Assembly: GCA_038087875.1 (NCBI GenBank)
Contig: CM075991.1
Location: forward strand, 8,000,001 to 8,064,000
Origin: Malacoraja senta
Lineage: Eukaryota
Reading direction: 5' to 3'
DNA: 64,000 nt
Position 1 is the first letter of the stretch, and each line of letters starts with the position of its first letter. Below the pieces are notes generated by a model. It made no database searches. It had not been told where the DNA came from and saw only the letters and a list, made by a program, of their open reading frames with translations. Below, in pieces: positions 36,269 to 49,494 of this stretch. The position numbers and the translations under genes were made by a program.

Positions 36269-36588
36269 AAGCCCTGTCCCACGGTACGAGTTCATTCCAA
36301 GAGCTCTCCCGAGTTTAAAATAAATCAAACTCGTGGTAAGCACGGAGAATGAACGTAGCGGGTACGTAGAAGCTCGGGGACGTCACTTAGCGCTAACGGC
36401 GGGTACTCGGGAAGACTCGCTAACGGCAGGTAAGCACGGGAAGACTCGTGAAGATTTTTCAACATGTTGAAAAATGTCCACGAGAGCCCCGAGTACCGAC
36501 GAGTGGCCATTACCGTAAATCTCTGTGTTCGAATCAGGGCAAACTCGGGAGAACTCTTGGAATGAACTCGCACCGTGGGACAGGGGTT
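36269..36588. mobile_element. Harbinger-like MITE family B, copy 2
   Basis: TTA / TTA TSD; long TIRs; inverted relative to 17951-18269. Confidence 0.85.
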
Positions 36589-36942
36589 TTACTTAACTGT
36601 AAATGAGACCAAATTTGATGGGTCTTATTCCATTCCATTGAAATAGAACAAGACCCATTAATGATGAAGGAAGGCTATAGAGTCATTGTGTCATAGAGTT
36701 ATACAGCACGGAAACATGCCCTTCCACCCAACTCGACCATGTTGTCCCATCGTCCAAGTGGAAGAGCCTGACCTCTGGGGGGGGGAGTTTCTGATTCCTT
36801 CGCCCTGTGGAGCTTCAGGGAAGTATTGGTTTGATGCGCAACTCCTTTACACTGGTGAATGCACTCCATATTTTCATTCACTTCACAGGATGAGGCCAGC
36901 ATTTATTGCCCAGCCCTGATATAAGGTATTGAATAGATTTCG

Positions 36943-37232
36943 TTTTAGTTTAAGAGAGACAGCGCGAAAACATGTCCTAGGCCCCACCGAGTCTACACCG
37001 ACCAACAATCACACTAGTTCTATCCTACACTCAAGGGACAATTCTACAGGAGCCATTTGACCTGCAAATTCGCATGTCTTTGGGAGGTAGGAGAAAACCG
37101 GAGCACCTGGAGAAAACCCACGCAGTCCCGGGGAGATTGTAAAAACTACGTACAGACAACACCCATAGTCAGGATTGAACAAGCATCCCTGGCGCTGTAG
37201 GGCAGCAACTCTACCGCTGCGCCACCGTCCCG
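36943..37232 (-). mobile_element. V-SINE
   Basis: Standard motifs. Confidence 0.8.
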
Positions 37233-39173
37233 CCCCGAGGAAGTGCAATGGTGGCAGTTATAGGGACCATTATCTGAAGATTTTCACCACACTGCACACC
37301 ATTAAGAGGATGTCGCCAGAACTCAAAGGGCCTGAGCTTCTGAGAGAGATTGGCAGACTTGATCTTTATTCCTTTCAGCCCAGGGGGCTGAGGATGATCT
37401 TATAGAGGTGTACAAAATCATGAGGGGAATAGATTGGCTTGATGCACTGAGGAATTTGAGAGGGATTTTCTTGACAAACCACGTTGGCCAGTTGGTGCTT
37501 TAATCTGCATAGATTATTGGATCTCATGTCTGATGCAGCTAGGAGAATTTATGCAAAGAGATTTTGTAGAAAATAGAAAAGAACGGCAGAGGAACAGGCC
37601 CTTCGGCCCACAATCTCCGTGCCGAACATGCCAGGATAAACTAATCTCACCTGTGTACACAAGATGCATATCCCTCCATTCCATAAGGTCATAGGTGATA
37701 GGAGCCGATTCAGCCCATCAAGTCTACTCCGCCATTCAATCATGGCTGATCTATCTCTCCTAACCCCATTCTCCAGCCTTCTCCCTGTAACCATAACCCA
37801 ATTTTCAGGTCAGGTCGAGGGGGGTGGGGGGTGGAGTCCCCCCCGCCACGGGTACCATGTAATCCCGTGCTACCTGCTCCATGGTCGGATAGTCGGCGAC
37901 TAAACTGTCTCCCCCACCTGGTTTGCCAGGTGAGGAGGGGGCTGTGGACCCCCAGCAGGACCAGAAACAAGGGCGGATGAGCTTCTAGTGAGCCAACGGC
38001 CATCCACACTTCAGTAGAAGTTGCGACCACTGTCGTACACAGCATTGTAAGGAATGATGATGAAGCACACACACACACCAAAATCCTGTACTTCCAGCGG
38101 CGGAAGTCCGCAGGAACTGGAGGACAGAGATGTGTGGTGCGTCCGTCACCGTTCCCGTCGGAAACCAGCACCACTGCGTCGCTAATGTTTTCACCGATGA
38201 TGATGAATTCCCAACACATACATGTACCTATCTAAAAGCTTCTTAAACACCATTGTTTTAGCTGCCTCCACCACCACCACCCCTGGCAGTACATTCCAGG
38301 CACCCACCACACTCGGTGTAAAAGAAAACTTGCCCCGCACATCTCATTAAAGTTTGTCCCACTCGCCTTCAACCTACGCCCTCTAACCTTTGACATTTCC
38401 ACTGGCAAAAAAAGTCCTGGAAGCGTTACAAATATCTCGCTGGTTCACTTCAGCATGCCTCTTAGTGGCCGCACACCAACAGCTGAGTTATTGACTAATC
38501 TTCACAATCTGTCTCCATCAATTAATCTGCAGCGGACCAAGGCCCGATGCACAGAAAGCTCTAATGACAGCAAGCTTGGCCAACCAGAGGTCGAAGGTCA
38601 CCTATACCTCCCAACCATGTCATATTTATTGCGTGTCATGTTTCGCCATATTTCAAATTAACCAGGCACTGCATCAGAAAATCTTTCCATGTATTGTATT
38701 TTCATTTAAATGTTAATATTCATTCAATATTAACTACTGCCAACGTCTCTCGGGGGAGCCTGTTCTATGGATTGCACATTTGCTCACTGGAAATAATCGC
38801 TCGCACAGGTTGGTTGGGAGCTTTAATCGCTCCGAGCTTGACTCTGCCACCACTCTGCCGGACTGGGCGACCAGCTTGTCACTGTCGACGTTTTCCAGTC
38901 CCAGTAAAATCCCGAAAGTGAGTAATTCCTAAAATTATTTCATGTTAGTGGCCAAATGGTAATTCTGTCCCAATGATCAATTTGCTCATCGGGTCTGAAG
39001 AAGGGTCCTGACCGTTGCATTTAGAAGGATGAGGGGGGATTGAACCTTACCGAATAGTGAAAGTCTTGGATAGAGTGGATGTGGAGAGGATATTTCCACT
39101 GGTGGGAGAGTCTAGGACCAGAGGTCATGGTTAACAGAGATTAGTTTATCATGGCAACATGTTCGGCACGGAC

Positions 39174-39600
39174 ATGTACACTCTGGAGTTTAGAAGGATG
39201 AGAGGGGATCTCATTGAAACATATAAGATTGTTAAGGGCTTGGACACGCTAGAGGTAGGAAACATGTTCCAGATGTTGGGGGAGTCCAGAACCAGGGGCC
39301 ACAGTTTAAGAATAAGGGGTAAGCCAATTAGAACGGAGACGAGGAAACACTTTTTCTCACAGAGAGTGGTGAGTCTGGAATTATCTGCCTCAGAGGGCGG
39401 TGGAGGCAGGTTCTCTGGATGCTTTCAAGAGAAAGCTAGATAGGGCTATTAAAAATAGCAGAGTCAGGGGATATGGGGAGAAGGCAGGAACGGGGTACTG
39501 ATTGGGGATGATCAGCCATGATCACATTGAATGGTGGTGCTGGCTCGAAGGGCCAAATGGCCTACTCCTGCACCTATTATCTATTGTCTATTGTCTATTG
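39174..39600 (+). mobile_element. CR1 LINE 3' fragment
   Basis: ORF 39159-39443; (CTATTGT)n tail. Confidence 0.9.
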
Positions 39601-39802
39601 AAGGGCCTGTTCCTGTGGTCTACTTTTCCTATGTTCCAATAGTTGAGGCAGGTGCTGGCGCACTGTTTAAGAAACATTTGGACATGTACGTGGATAGGGA
39701 TATGGGCCAAACGTAGGCAGGTGAGACTAGTGTAGATGGGACATGTTGGTCGCTGTGGGCTAGTTGGGCTGAAGGGCCAGTTTCCACGCTGTATGAGTCT
39801 AT

Positions 39803-40052
39803 AACATAGATACATAGATACATAGAAACTAGGTGCAGGAGTAGGCCATTCGGCCCTTCGAGCCTGCACCGCCATTCAATATGATCATGGCTGATCATCC
39901 AACTCAGTATCCTGTACCTGCCTTCTCTCCATACCCCCTGATCCCTTTAGCCACAAGGGCCACATCTAACTCCCTCTTAAATATAGCCAATGAACTGGCC
40001 TCAACTACCCTCTGTGGCAGAGAGTTCCAGAGATTCACCACTCTCTGTGTGA
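39803..40052 (-). mobile_element. CR1 LINE 3' fragment, (TATG/CTAT)-tailed subfamily
   Basis: Near-identical to 43420-43655. Confidence 0.85.
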
Positions 40053-41158
40053 ATCTTATAATCCTGATAATCCCCAATCCGTACCCCGTTCATAGAAACA
40101 TAACAGTCCTATACACTGCCATGCTAAAGGAAAGGCAAAGTCTCTCTTGTGTCAGAGAGCAGTTCTCTTGACTTAAGTGGCAGTGTTCTTCCCTGATTGT
40201 GTTCAGACCCATGCTGTCTAATCCACGTGCCTGCTCCATACAGATCTGGCATCAACACCTCTGGTATTAAGACTGCCTGTGGATGACAGAGGCCTCTACC
40301 TAATCTTCAATTATTCTACAGCTGTTTGTGGGGGGGATATAGATAGTGGTTCTCTCAAGCTCCACCTGGTTTTGAAGCGGCCATCAAGATTTGCTGCAAA
40401 CCTTATCGTGACAAAATACCTCCTTTACTTTAGGCCAACCTGCCTGAGCCGTGGTGCGCCATGTATGAGTTCCTAGCTAAAGGCTGACCTGACATCAGAA
40501 TGAATGGTGGTTGGAAGCTCAGACTAAAGCAGTGGGTTGATCAATGACCTTGAAATGTTTTGAGTTGTCCTCAGCTCCTTGGGTTTCAGCACGGACTAGG
40601 GTGAGCATCTTTCGACTCGTAGACCGTGGCAGGGTTTTAAACAAGAATGGACACAAAATGCTGGAGTAACTCAGCGGGGCAGGCAGCATCTCTGGAGAAC
40701 GTGCCTAAGTGACATTTCGGATCGGGCCCTTTCTTCAGACTGAACTTCGGTGTCTGATTAAAGGTCTCGACCCAAAACTTTACCTATCCAAGTTCTCCAG
40801 AGAGGCTGTGTGACCTCAATGGCTTGATTGTAATCATAGACACAAAATGCTGGAGTAACTCAGCTGGGCAGGCAGCATCTCTAGAGAGAAGGAATGGGTG
40901 GCATTTCGGGTTGACACCCTTCTTCCATCATGTAATGTGTCTTTCTGCTGACTGGATAGCAAGCAACCAATGCTTTTCACTCTACCTCGGTACACATGAC
41001 AATAAACGTTAAACTAAAACTAAAACCCGCTGAGTTACTCCAGCACTTTGTGTCTATCTTTGGTATACACCAGCATCTGCAGTTCCTTGTTTCTATCCGA
41101 TGGAAAATGGTTGATGCAAAACACCATGCCATCCTGAGGTGAATGAATATTATAACTC

Positions 41159-41790
41159 GGGCAGCACAGTGGCACAGCACATGGAGACACTGCCTCACAG
41201 CGCCAGAGATCCAGACCTCGGATGCTGTCTGTGTGGAGTTTGCATGTTCTCCCTGTGAACGCATGGGTTTCCCCTGGGTGCTCCAGTTTCCTCCTACATC
41301 CTAAAGATGTGAGGGTTTGCAAGTTAATTGTCCTCTGTAGATTGCCCCTAATGTGTAGGCAGTGCATACGGAAGTGGGATAACATGGAACTAATGTGAAC
41401 GGGTGGTCGGTGTGGTCAGTGGGTCGAAGGCCCTGTTTCCATGCTGTGTCTCTAACTTGAACGATAGGGATGGCACGATAGGGTGGCGTAGCAGTAGACC
41501 TACTGCCTTACAGGGAGAACAGAGGGTTTGATCCTGTCTACGGGTGCTTGTCTGTTGGGAGTTTGTACGTCCTCCCCGTGACCTGCGTGGGTTTTCTCCG
41601 GGCGCTCCGGTTTCCTCCCACACTTCAAAGACGTGCAGGTTTGCAAGTTCATTGGCATGGTGTAAATGTATAAATGTCAAATTGTCCGTGGTGTAGCGTT
41701 GATGTGCGGGGATCGTTGGTCGGCGCGGACTCGGTGGGCCAAAGGCCCTGTTCCCGCGCTGTATCTCTAAACTAAACTAAACTAAAATAA
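41159..41790 (+). mobile_element. Two tandem V-SINEs (41159-41460, 41470-41790)
   Basis: Two successive head/V-domain/tail sets. Confidence 0.85.
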
Positions 41791-42189
41791 ACCGTACTAA
41801 ACTGTGTTTCTGTTGGGTGCAGACCATCAAGCTTGTTTCCCTGGCAAAGGTTCATGGACAATTTGCTGAACCGCCCTTACATTTGGAATCCTAATCAGTA
41901 TCTGAGGGAGAAGTTGGCTCCACGATCAACAAATCTCTGCTGTTTTAGTGCTGGTGAACAGAGCTCAAGAGCTGCAAAGTTGGAAGGACAACACACACAG
42001 CATTAGCAGTTTGCACCCCGAGGCATTAATTTGCCTTGTCAGTAGCACGCTTGTTTTGAGATACAGCGCGGAAACAGGCCCTTCGGCCCACCGAGTCCGC
42101 GCCGACCAGCGATCCCCGCGCGTTAACACTATCCTACACACACTGAGGACACATTTATGCCAAGCCAACTAACCTCCAAACCTGCACGT

Positions 42190-42450
42190 TGGAGGAAGCT
42201 GTGTTGGAGGTTGTAGTGTTTAATAGCCGAATGGCTGTAAGGAATAAGGTGGGTGTTGCAGTTTTCAGGCTCCTGTACCTTCTTCCCGATAGCAGGGGTG
42301 AAATGAGTGTGTGGCCAGGGTGGTGCGGGTCTCTGATGATGCTGGCTGCATCTCTGGGGAACGTGGACAAGGGCGAATACATCACAGCAAGGTTTGACTC
42401 CATTTACACCTCATACTGCCCCAGCAAGGCCAGCAGCATAATCAGGATGA
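42190..42450. mobile_element. Rex1-like RT C-terminal fragments in both orientations
   Basis: Minus strand AASIIRDPHHPGHTLISPLLSGRRYRSLK. Confidence 0.65.
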
Positions 42451-42840
42451 GTCTCATCCCTCTTCCGAATGTTTCTGTTAAATGTATCTGCATTTTTTTG
42501 TGTCACAAAATCCGGCTGCAATATACGTTATCCAGGGAACCAGTGTTGCGAAGCCTACTGTCCATATTAAAATACTGTCTATTAAAATCTGAAGAAAGGC
42601 CTCGACCCGAAACGTCACCTATTCCTCTTCACCAGAGATGCTGCCTGTCCCGCTGAGTTACGCCAGCATTTTGGGTCTAAACCAGCATCTGCAATTTCTT
42701 CCGACACAAGTAGATTTATGTGACTGTACTGCTAGATATTTTTTTGACTGGAAATGGAATGAATGAATGGAACTCAGCGCTGGCTGCACCAACTCATCTT
42801 TCAATTTGAGAATTATGCTGCGCTGCATCTAATTTTCCTG

Positions 42841-42853
42841 GTTGCTAGGCAAC
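42841..42853. promoter_or_regulatory. RFX X-box-like palindrome in non-repetitive intronic DNA
   Basis: GTTGCTAGGCAAC; motif match only. Confidence 0.3.
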
Positions 42854-43310
42854 GCCATGTCTAAGCACAGACCTATTTGTCTTTAAACCTCAACAGAAAA
42901 AAAAACTTAATAAAGAAAAGACCGTGAATGACATGTTTTAAAAAATGAGAATTTTTCCAGCCCGAACATTTAATTATCACTTTTTTTAAAACAACGTCTA
43001 ATTTTAGCAATGCGTGATTCACGGCATATTGGCATTTTCATATTTTCTTATCCTGGATATCAAAGTTGTCGGAGCCCATTTGTTCAGTAAATAGCCCCAG
43101 ATCTTGCACTGGCACCATGCTGTGTTTTCATTGCCGGCTCGTTATCCTGTTGGGTGAAGCTCAGCCTCTTGTAGACCATTCCCACGTCAGAAGTTTGTGG
43201 ATTCGTCCCAAGGCAGATTCGGAGAATGCTAAGGATCGACCCGGAACGCCACCTATTCCTTTTCTCCAGAGATGCTGTCTGGCCCGCTGAGTTACTCCAG
43301 CTTTTTGTGT

Positions 43311-44412
43311 CAATAGACAATAGACAATAGGTGCAGGAGTAGGCCATTGGGCCCTTCGATCCAGCACCGCCATTCAATGTGATCATGGCTGATCATCCCC
43401 AATCTGTACCCCGTTCATAGAAACATAGAAAATAGGTGCAGGAGTAGGCCATTCGGCCCTTCGAGCCTGCACCGCCATTCGATATGATCATGGCTGATCA
43501 TCCAACTCAGTATCCTGTACCTGCTTTCTCTCCATACCCCCTGATCCCTTTAGCCACAAGGGCCACATCTAACTCCCTCTTAAATATAGCCAATGAACTG
43601 GCCTCAACTACCTTCTGTGCAGAGAAATTCCACAGATTCACCACTCTCTGTGTGAAAAATGTTTTCCTCATCTCGGTCCTAAAAGATTTCCCCCTTATCC
43701 TTAAACTGTGACCCCTTGTTCTGGACTTCCCCAACATCGGGAACAATCTTCCTGCATCTAGCCTGTCCAACCCCTTAAGAATTTTGTACGTTCTATAAGA
43801 TCCCCCCTCAATTTCTAAATTCTAGCGAGTACAATCCGAGTCTATCCAGTCTTTCTTCATATGAAAGTCCTGACATCCCAGGAATCAGTCTGGTGAACCT
43901 TCTCTGTACTCCCTCTATGGCAAGAATGTCTTTCCTCAGATTAGGAGACCAAAACTGTTCCTGCCTTCTCCCCATATCCCCTGGCTCCACTATTTTTAAG
44001 AGCCCTATCTAGCTATCTCTTGAAAGCATCCAGAGAACCTGCCTCCACCGCCCTCTGAGGCAGAGAATTCCACAGACTCACCACTCTCTGAGAAAAAGTG
44101 TTTCCTCGTCTCCGTTCTAAATGGCTTACCCCTTATTCTTAAACTGTGGCTTCTGGTTCTGGACTCCCCCAACATCGGGAACATGTTTCCTGCCTCTAGC
44201 GTGCCCAAGCCTTAACAATCTTATATGTTTCAGTCAGTGGATATTTTTAAGGCAGAGATAGATAGATTCTTGATTAGTTACGGGTGTCAGAGGTTATGGG
44301 GAGAAGGCAGGAGAATGGGGTTAGGAGGGAGAGATAGATCAGCCATGATTGAATGGCGGAGTAGACTTGATGAGCCAAATGGCCTAATTCTACTCTTAAT
44401 CCTTATGACCTT
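43311..44412. mobile_element. Nested CR1 fragments of three subfamilies
   Basis: ORFs 43507-43770, 43808-43990, 44005-44208 (-) and 44225-44428 (+). Confidence 0.88.
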
Positions 44413-44564
44413 CTGGTCAGAAGATTAGTTGGCTATTGTAAATCACCCCTGTTGTCATGGTTACATGTGGGAGAGAGAGCAGTTTGCAGGGGGGGAAACC
44501 AGGCAACGTGTCTCCATTTTACCGCTTAAATATAGGTGGCATTGTTCCACAAGAACCTCCTCAG

Positions 44565-44878
44565 GCATCACGGTGGCGCAGCGTTAGAGTTGCTGTCTTA
44601 CAGCGCTTGCAGAGCTGGAGACTTGGGTTCGATCCTGACCACGGGTGCTTGTCTGTACGGAGTTTGTACGATCTCCCGTGACCTGCGTGGGTTTTCTCCG
44701 AGATCTTCGGTTTCCGCCCGCACTCCAAGTTTGCAGGTTTCTTGGCTTGGTGCATGTGCAAATTGCCCCTAGTGTGTGTAGGATGGTGTTAATGTGCGGG
44801 GATCGTTGGTCGGTGAGAACTCGGTGGGCCGAAGGCGCCTGTTTCCGCACTGTATCTCTAAACTAAACTAAACTAACA
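44565..44878 (+). mobile_element. V-SINE
   Basis: Standard motifs. Confidence 0.85.
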
Positions 44879-45142
44879 AAATCTCATTCAACTAGTTATT
44901 CCTTTCTGCATTTCCTTCATCCACATCTCTTCTGGGATGCTTCATGGTTGAAGGAGCCATCCTTTACAGGAGATATTAGTTTAGTATACCGGTAGTTGTC
45001 ACATGTACTGAGATATTGTGAAAACCTTTGCTTGCATGCTATCCAGCCACAAAATGAGGACAATCAAGCCATCCACAGCGCGAAGATAAAGGATAAAGGG
45101 GACAACATTTAGTGCAAAGATGTTAAGGCATCTGTGGTCAGC

Positions 45143-45685
45143 ATGGATAAATGTGAGGTTATCCACTTTGGTAGCAAAAACAGGAAGGCAGATTACTATC
45201 TAAATGGCGTCAAGTTGGGAAAAGGGGAAGTACAACGGATCTGGGGGGTCCTTGTACATCAGTCTATGAATGTAAGCATGCAGGTACAGCAGGCAGTGAA
45301 GAAAGCGAATGGCATGTTGGCCTTTATACAAGAGGAATCGAATATAGGAGCAAAGAGGTCCTTCTGCAGTTGTACAGAGCCCGAGTGAGACCACACCTGG
45401 AGTATTGTGTGCAGTTTTGGTCCCCTAATTTGAGGAAGGACATTCTTGCTATTGAGGGAGTGCAGCGTAGGTTTACAAGGTTAATTCCCGGGATGGCGGG
45501 ACTGTCGTATGCTGAGAGAATGGAGCAGCTGGGCTTGTACACTCTGGAGTTTAGAAGGATGAGAGGGGATAGCAGAGTCAGGGGATATGGGGAGAAGGAT
45601 TGGGGATGATCAGCCATGATCACATTGAATGGCGGTGCTGGCTGGAAGGGCCGAATGGCCTATTCCTGCACCTATTGTGTATTGA
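45143..45685 (+). mobile_element. CR1 LINE ORF2 fragment with internal deletion
   Basis: DKCEVIHFGSKN..VRPHLEYCVQFWSP.. Confidence 0.9.
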
Positions 45686-45978
45686 CCTGATCCTGTGATT
45701 ATGACTGTCATTTGAACAGGTAGCCCCACAGTATGTGCAGGGAGGAACTGCAGATGCTGGATTAAACTGAGGACAGACACAGAACACTGGAGTAACTCAG
45801 TGGGTCAGGCAGCATCTCTGGAGAAAGGGAATAGGTGACGTTTCGGGTCATGAGATCATAAGTGGTAGGAGTAGAATTGGGCCATTCGGCCCATCAAGTC
45901 TGCTTCGCCATTCAATCATGGCTGATCTATCCAACCCCATTCTCCTGCCTTCTCCCCATAACCCCTGACATCTGTACG

Positions 45979-46342
45979 AAGGTCGAGACCATTCTTCAGA
46001 CTGAGAGTCGGGGGGGGGGGGGGGGAGAGTCGGGGGGAGTTATAGACGGTACTTAGGACAAATTAATGGAAGATATGCGGAAAGCAACAATAATCAATGA
46101 AATATGGAGCCCACAATGGTTCATTGTTGGCTGTTGTATATGTGATAACGAGTTCATACCGACAGTGGAACTCAACAGGATGACTGTAAATCTAGTACGA
46201 TGACTGGGATGGTGGTGGGGGAGTGGGGGGGAGTGACGGGGGCACGGAGAGAGAGCGGATGCAGGGGTTACTTGAAGTTGGAGAAATCCATGGTCATACA
46301 GCTGGGTTGGAAGCTGCCCAAGCCAAATGTGAGGTGCCGTTC
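45979..46342 (-). mobile_element. Penelope-like 3' fragment
   Basis: Reverse complement of the GIY-YIG end plus pLTR. Confidence 0.75.
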
Positions 46343-46699
46343 CACACAAGATGTTGGCTTCAGCCATGTAGTCCCTTCACACAGGAAACCAATGGGTGAG
46401 TTGGCTGTGTGAAACCTCTCTCGGGTTCGGCCTGAGGCTTGAAGACTATGTTAACATGGCAAAGGTCTCCCAGCATGAAAGGGAAAGCTCAGGAGAGAAC
46501 TGTCCCTACGGTTTGAGGATTTTGAGGATGTGAAACTGCTGGCCTTAGGATGGCTCGGAATGAAATACTCCTATTGTCCCATGTGACGAGGCACAGTGAG
46601 ATACTTTGCCCGCATACCCAAGGTATACAATTAGCGGCAACCTACGGCGCTGATAAAGTTACAAAGTTCTCCTCCCCCCCCCCCCCTCCCACACGCCAA

Positions 46700-47386
46700 G
46701 TCATAGTCAAAGAGTAATACAATGTGGAAACAGGCCCTTCGGCCCAACTCACCCACACCGGCCAACAATGTCCCATCTACCCTGGTTCCACTTGCCTGCG
46801 CTTGGTCCATAACCCTCCAAACCTGTCCTATCCATGTTCAAGAAGGAACTGCAGATGCTGGAGAATCGAAGGTAGACAAAATTGCTGGAGAAACTCAGCG
46901 GGTGAGGCAGCATCTTGTCTACCTGTCCTATCCATGTACCTGGCCAACTGTTTCTTAAAACGATGGGATAATCCCAGCCTCAACTACCTCCTCTGGCACT
47001 TTGCTCCATACACCCAAACACCCTCCGTGTGAAAAAGTTACCCCTCGGATTCCTATTAAATCTTTTCCCCTTCACCTTGAACCCATGTCCTCTGGTCCTC
47101 GATTCCCCTACTCTGGGTAAAAGACTATTCCTCTCATGATTTTGTACACCTCTATACGTTCCCCCCTCATCCTCCTGCGCTCCATGAATAGAGACCCTAC
47201 TCAACCTCTCCCTAAAGCTCACACCCTCTAGTCCAGGCAACATCCTCGTAAATCTTTTCTGAACCTTTTCAAGCTTCACAGCATCTTTCCTATAACATGG
47301 TGCCCAGAACTGGACACAATAATTCTAAACCCGGTCTCACCAGCATCTGATACAACTGCAACATGACCTCCCAACTTCTATACTCA
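46700..47386 (-). mobile_element. CR1 fragment with an 83-bp Penelope insertion (46838-46920)
   Basis: 17-bp TSD ACCTGTCCTATCCATGT at 46821-37 and 46921-37. Confidence 0.85.
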
Positions 47387-47619
47387 AGCTGGCTCCTCCA
47401 TGGTTCTTCCCCCTCCCTCACAGTGCCCCCTCCCCCCTCCCCATGCTGGGTCCACAGTGTCAAAATAAAGCTTCACCAGACGGCAGATGAAGGAGTGATG
47501 TATCAGAGGAAAGGTCTGCCTTCATTCAGAAGATTCAGATCAGATGGTCAGTGTAGATAGTGAATGCACATGATGTATTCTGAGGCACAAACAGATCACC
47601 TGGACATGCCAACATCTAA

Positions 47620-48062
47620 TGTGTAAGAAAGAACTGCAGATGCTGGTTTAAATCAAAGGTAGACACAAAAGCTGGAGTAACAGGCAGCATCTCTGGAGAG
47701 AAGGATTGGGCGACGTTTCCGGTCGAGACCCTTCTTCAGACTGATGTCATGGGAGGGGATAGAACGTAGGTGGAGACAGTAAGACTATGGGAGAACTGGG
47801 AAGGGGAAGGGGATGGAGAGAGAAAGCAAGGGCTCTCTGAAGTTAGAGAAGCCAAACGTCATACCGCTGGGGTGTAAACTACCCAAGTGAAATATGAGGT
47901 GCTGTTCCTCCAATTGCGCTGGGCCTCACTCTGACAATGGAGGAGGCCCAGGACAGAAAGGTCAGATTGGGAATGGGAGGGGGAGTTGAAGTGCTGAGCC
48001 ACCGGGAGATCAGGTAGGTTAAGAAGGACTGAGTGGAGGTGTTCAGTGAAACGATCGCCGAT
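47620..48062 (-). mobile_element. Penelope-like 3' fragment (GIY-YIG C-terminus plus pLTR with hammerhead motif)
   Basis: Reverse complement of 59780-60345-type sequence. Confidence 0.8.
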
Positions 48063-48465
48063 GCCAACACCTAATCTACTCCAACCATTTTTGAAGTTTT
48101 ATGAATTTTTGAGGATGTTTCCACTCACAGTGGGAGAGTCTAGGACTAGTCATAGCCTCAGAATTAAAGGACGTTCCTTTTGGAAGGAGATGAAGAGGAA
48201 TTTATTTAGTCAGGGGGTGGTGAATCTGTGGTTCTTTGCCACTGAAGGCTGTGGAAGCCAGGTCAATGGATATTTTTATGGCAGAAATAGATAGATTCTT
48301 GATTAGTACAGATGTCAGGGGTTATGGGCAGAAGGCAGGAGAATGGGGTTAGATCAGCCATGATCTAGGCATACAATCAGTACTCCTGCATTTTGTGTCT
48401 ATCTTCGGTGTAAACTAGCATCTGCAGTTCCTTCCTACACATATTCCTATTCCTTTACAACCCGG

Positions 48466-48797
48466 TTTAGTTTTTAGTTTAGTTTAGTTTAGAGATACAG
48501 CGTGGAAAATGGCCCTTCGGCCCTCCGAGTCCTCACAGACCAGCGACCCCCGCACGTTAACACTATCCTACACACACACGGGACAATTTTACATTTACAC
48601 CCATGCAATTGATCAACAAACCTGTACGTCTTTGGAATGTGGGAGGAAACCGAAGATCGCGGAGAAAACCCACGAGGTCGCTGGATGAACGTACACACTC
48701 CGTACAGACAGCACCCGTAATCGGGATGGAACCCGGGCCTCTGGCTCTGTAAACGCTGTAAGGCAGCAACTCTACCGCTGCGCCACCGTGACGCCCC
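48466..48797 (-). mobile_element. V-SINE
   Basis: Standard motifs; faces the opposite-strand V-SINE at 49052-49347 (+). Confidence 0.85.
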
Positions 48798-49494
48798 CAT
48801 CCCTTGCCACTTCGGCCCGTGGGACTGCATTTAAAGTTGTGAGCTTTTAAACAGTTTGGCAGCAGAGAGGAAATCTATTCCAATGCGGTATTATTTTTGG
48901 ACTCGCAGCCCACACAGCTTGTCTTATCCAAGATATAAATAGGGCATTTAATTGGCAAAAAAAATTGTCGGGAGGGAGTGGAATGCATTGGGAAGAAGAA
49001 AGAAGCAGCCACATATTAACTTGAAAATGAGAATCCAGTTGAGGAAGCTTGGGTGACACGGTGGGGCAAAGTTAGAGTTGCTGCCTCACAGCACCAGAGA
49101 CCCAGGTTCGATCCTGACTACGGATGCTGCCTGTACGGAGTTTGTACCTTCTCCCCATGACTGCGTGGGTTTTCTCCAGTTACTCCGGTTTCCTCCCACA
49201 TTCCAAAGACGTACAGGTTTGTCGGTTAATTGGATTTGGTAAAGATTGTAAATTGTCCCCAGTGTGTGGGATAGTGCTAGTGTACGGGGTGATCGCTGGT
49301 CGGCACGCGTTGAATGGCCTGTATCAGCGCTGTATCACTAAACTAAAGATAACAGATGAGAATCTGGGGTCTGAAATATACAGATCTCCGAGGGTACTTA
49401 CAAAGGTCAATGGTATCACATCAAACATGAAGCAAAGGGGTTATTTATATAACTAGTTCAGATATTATTTTGTATGTGGTTACAACCCCAACCT

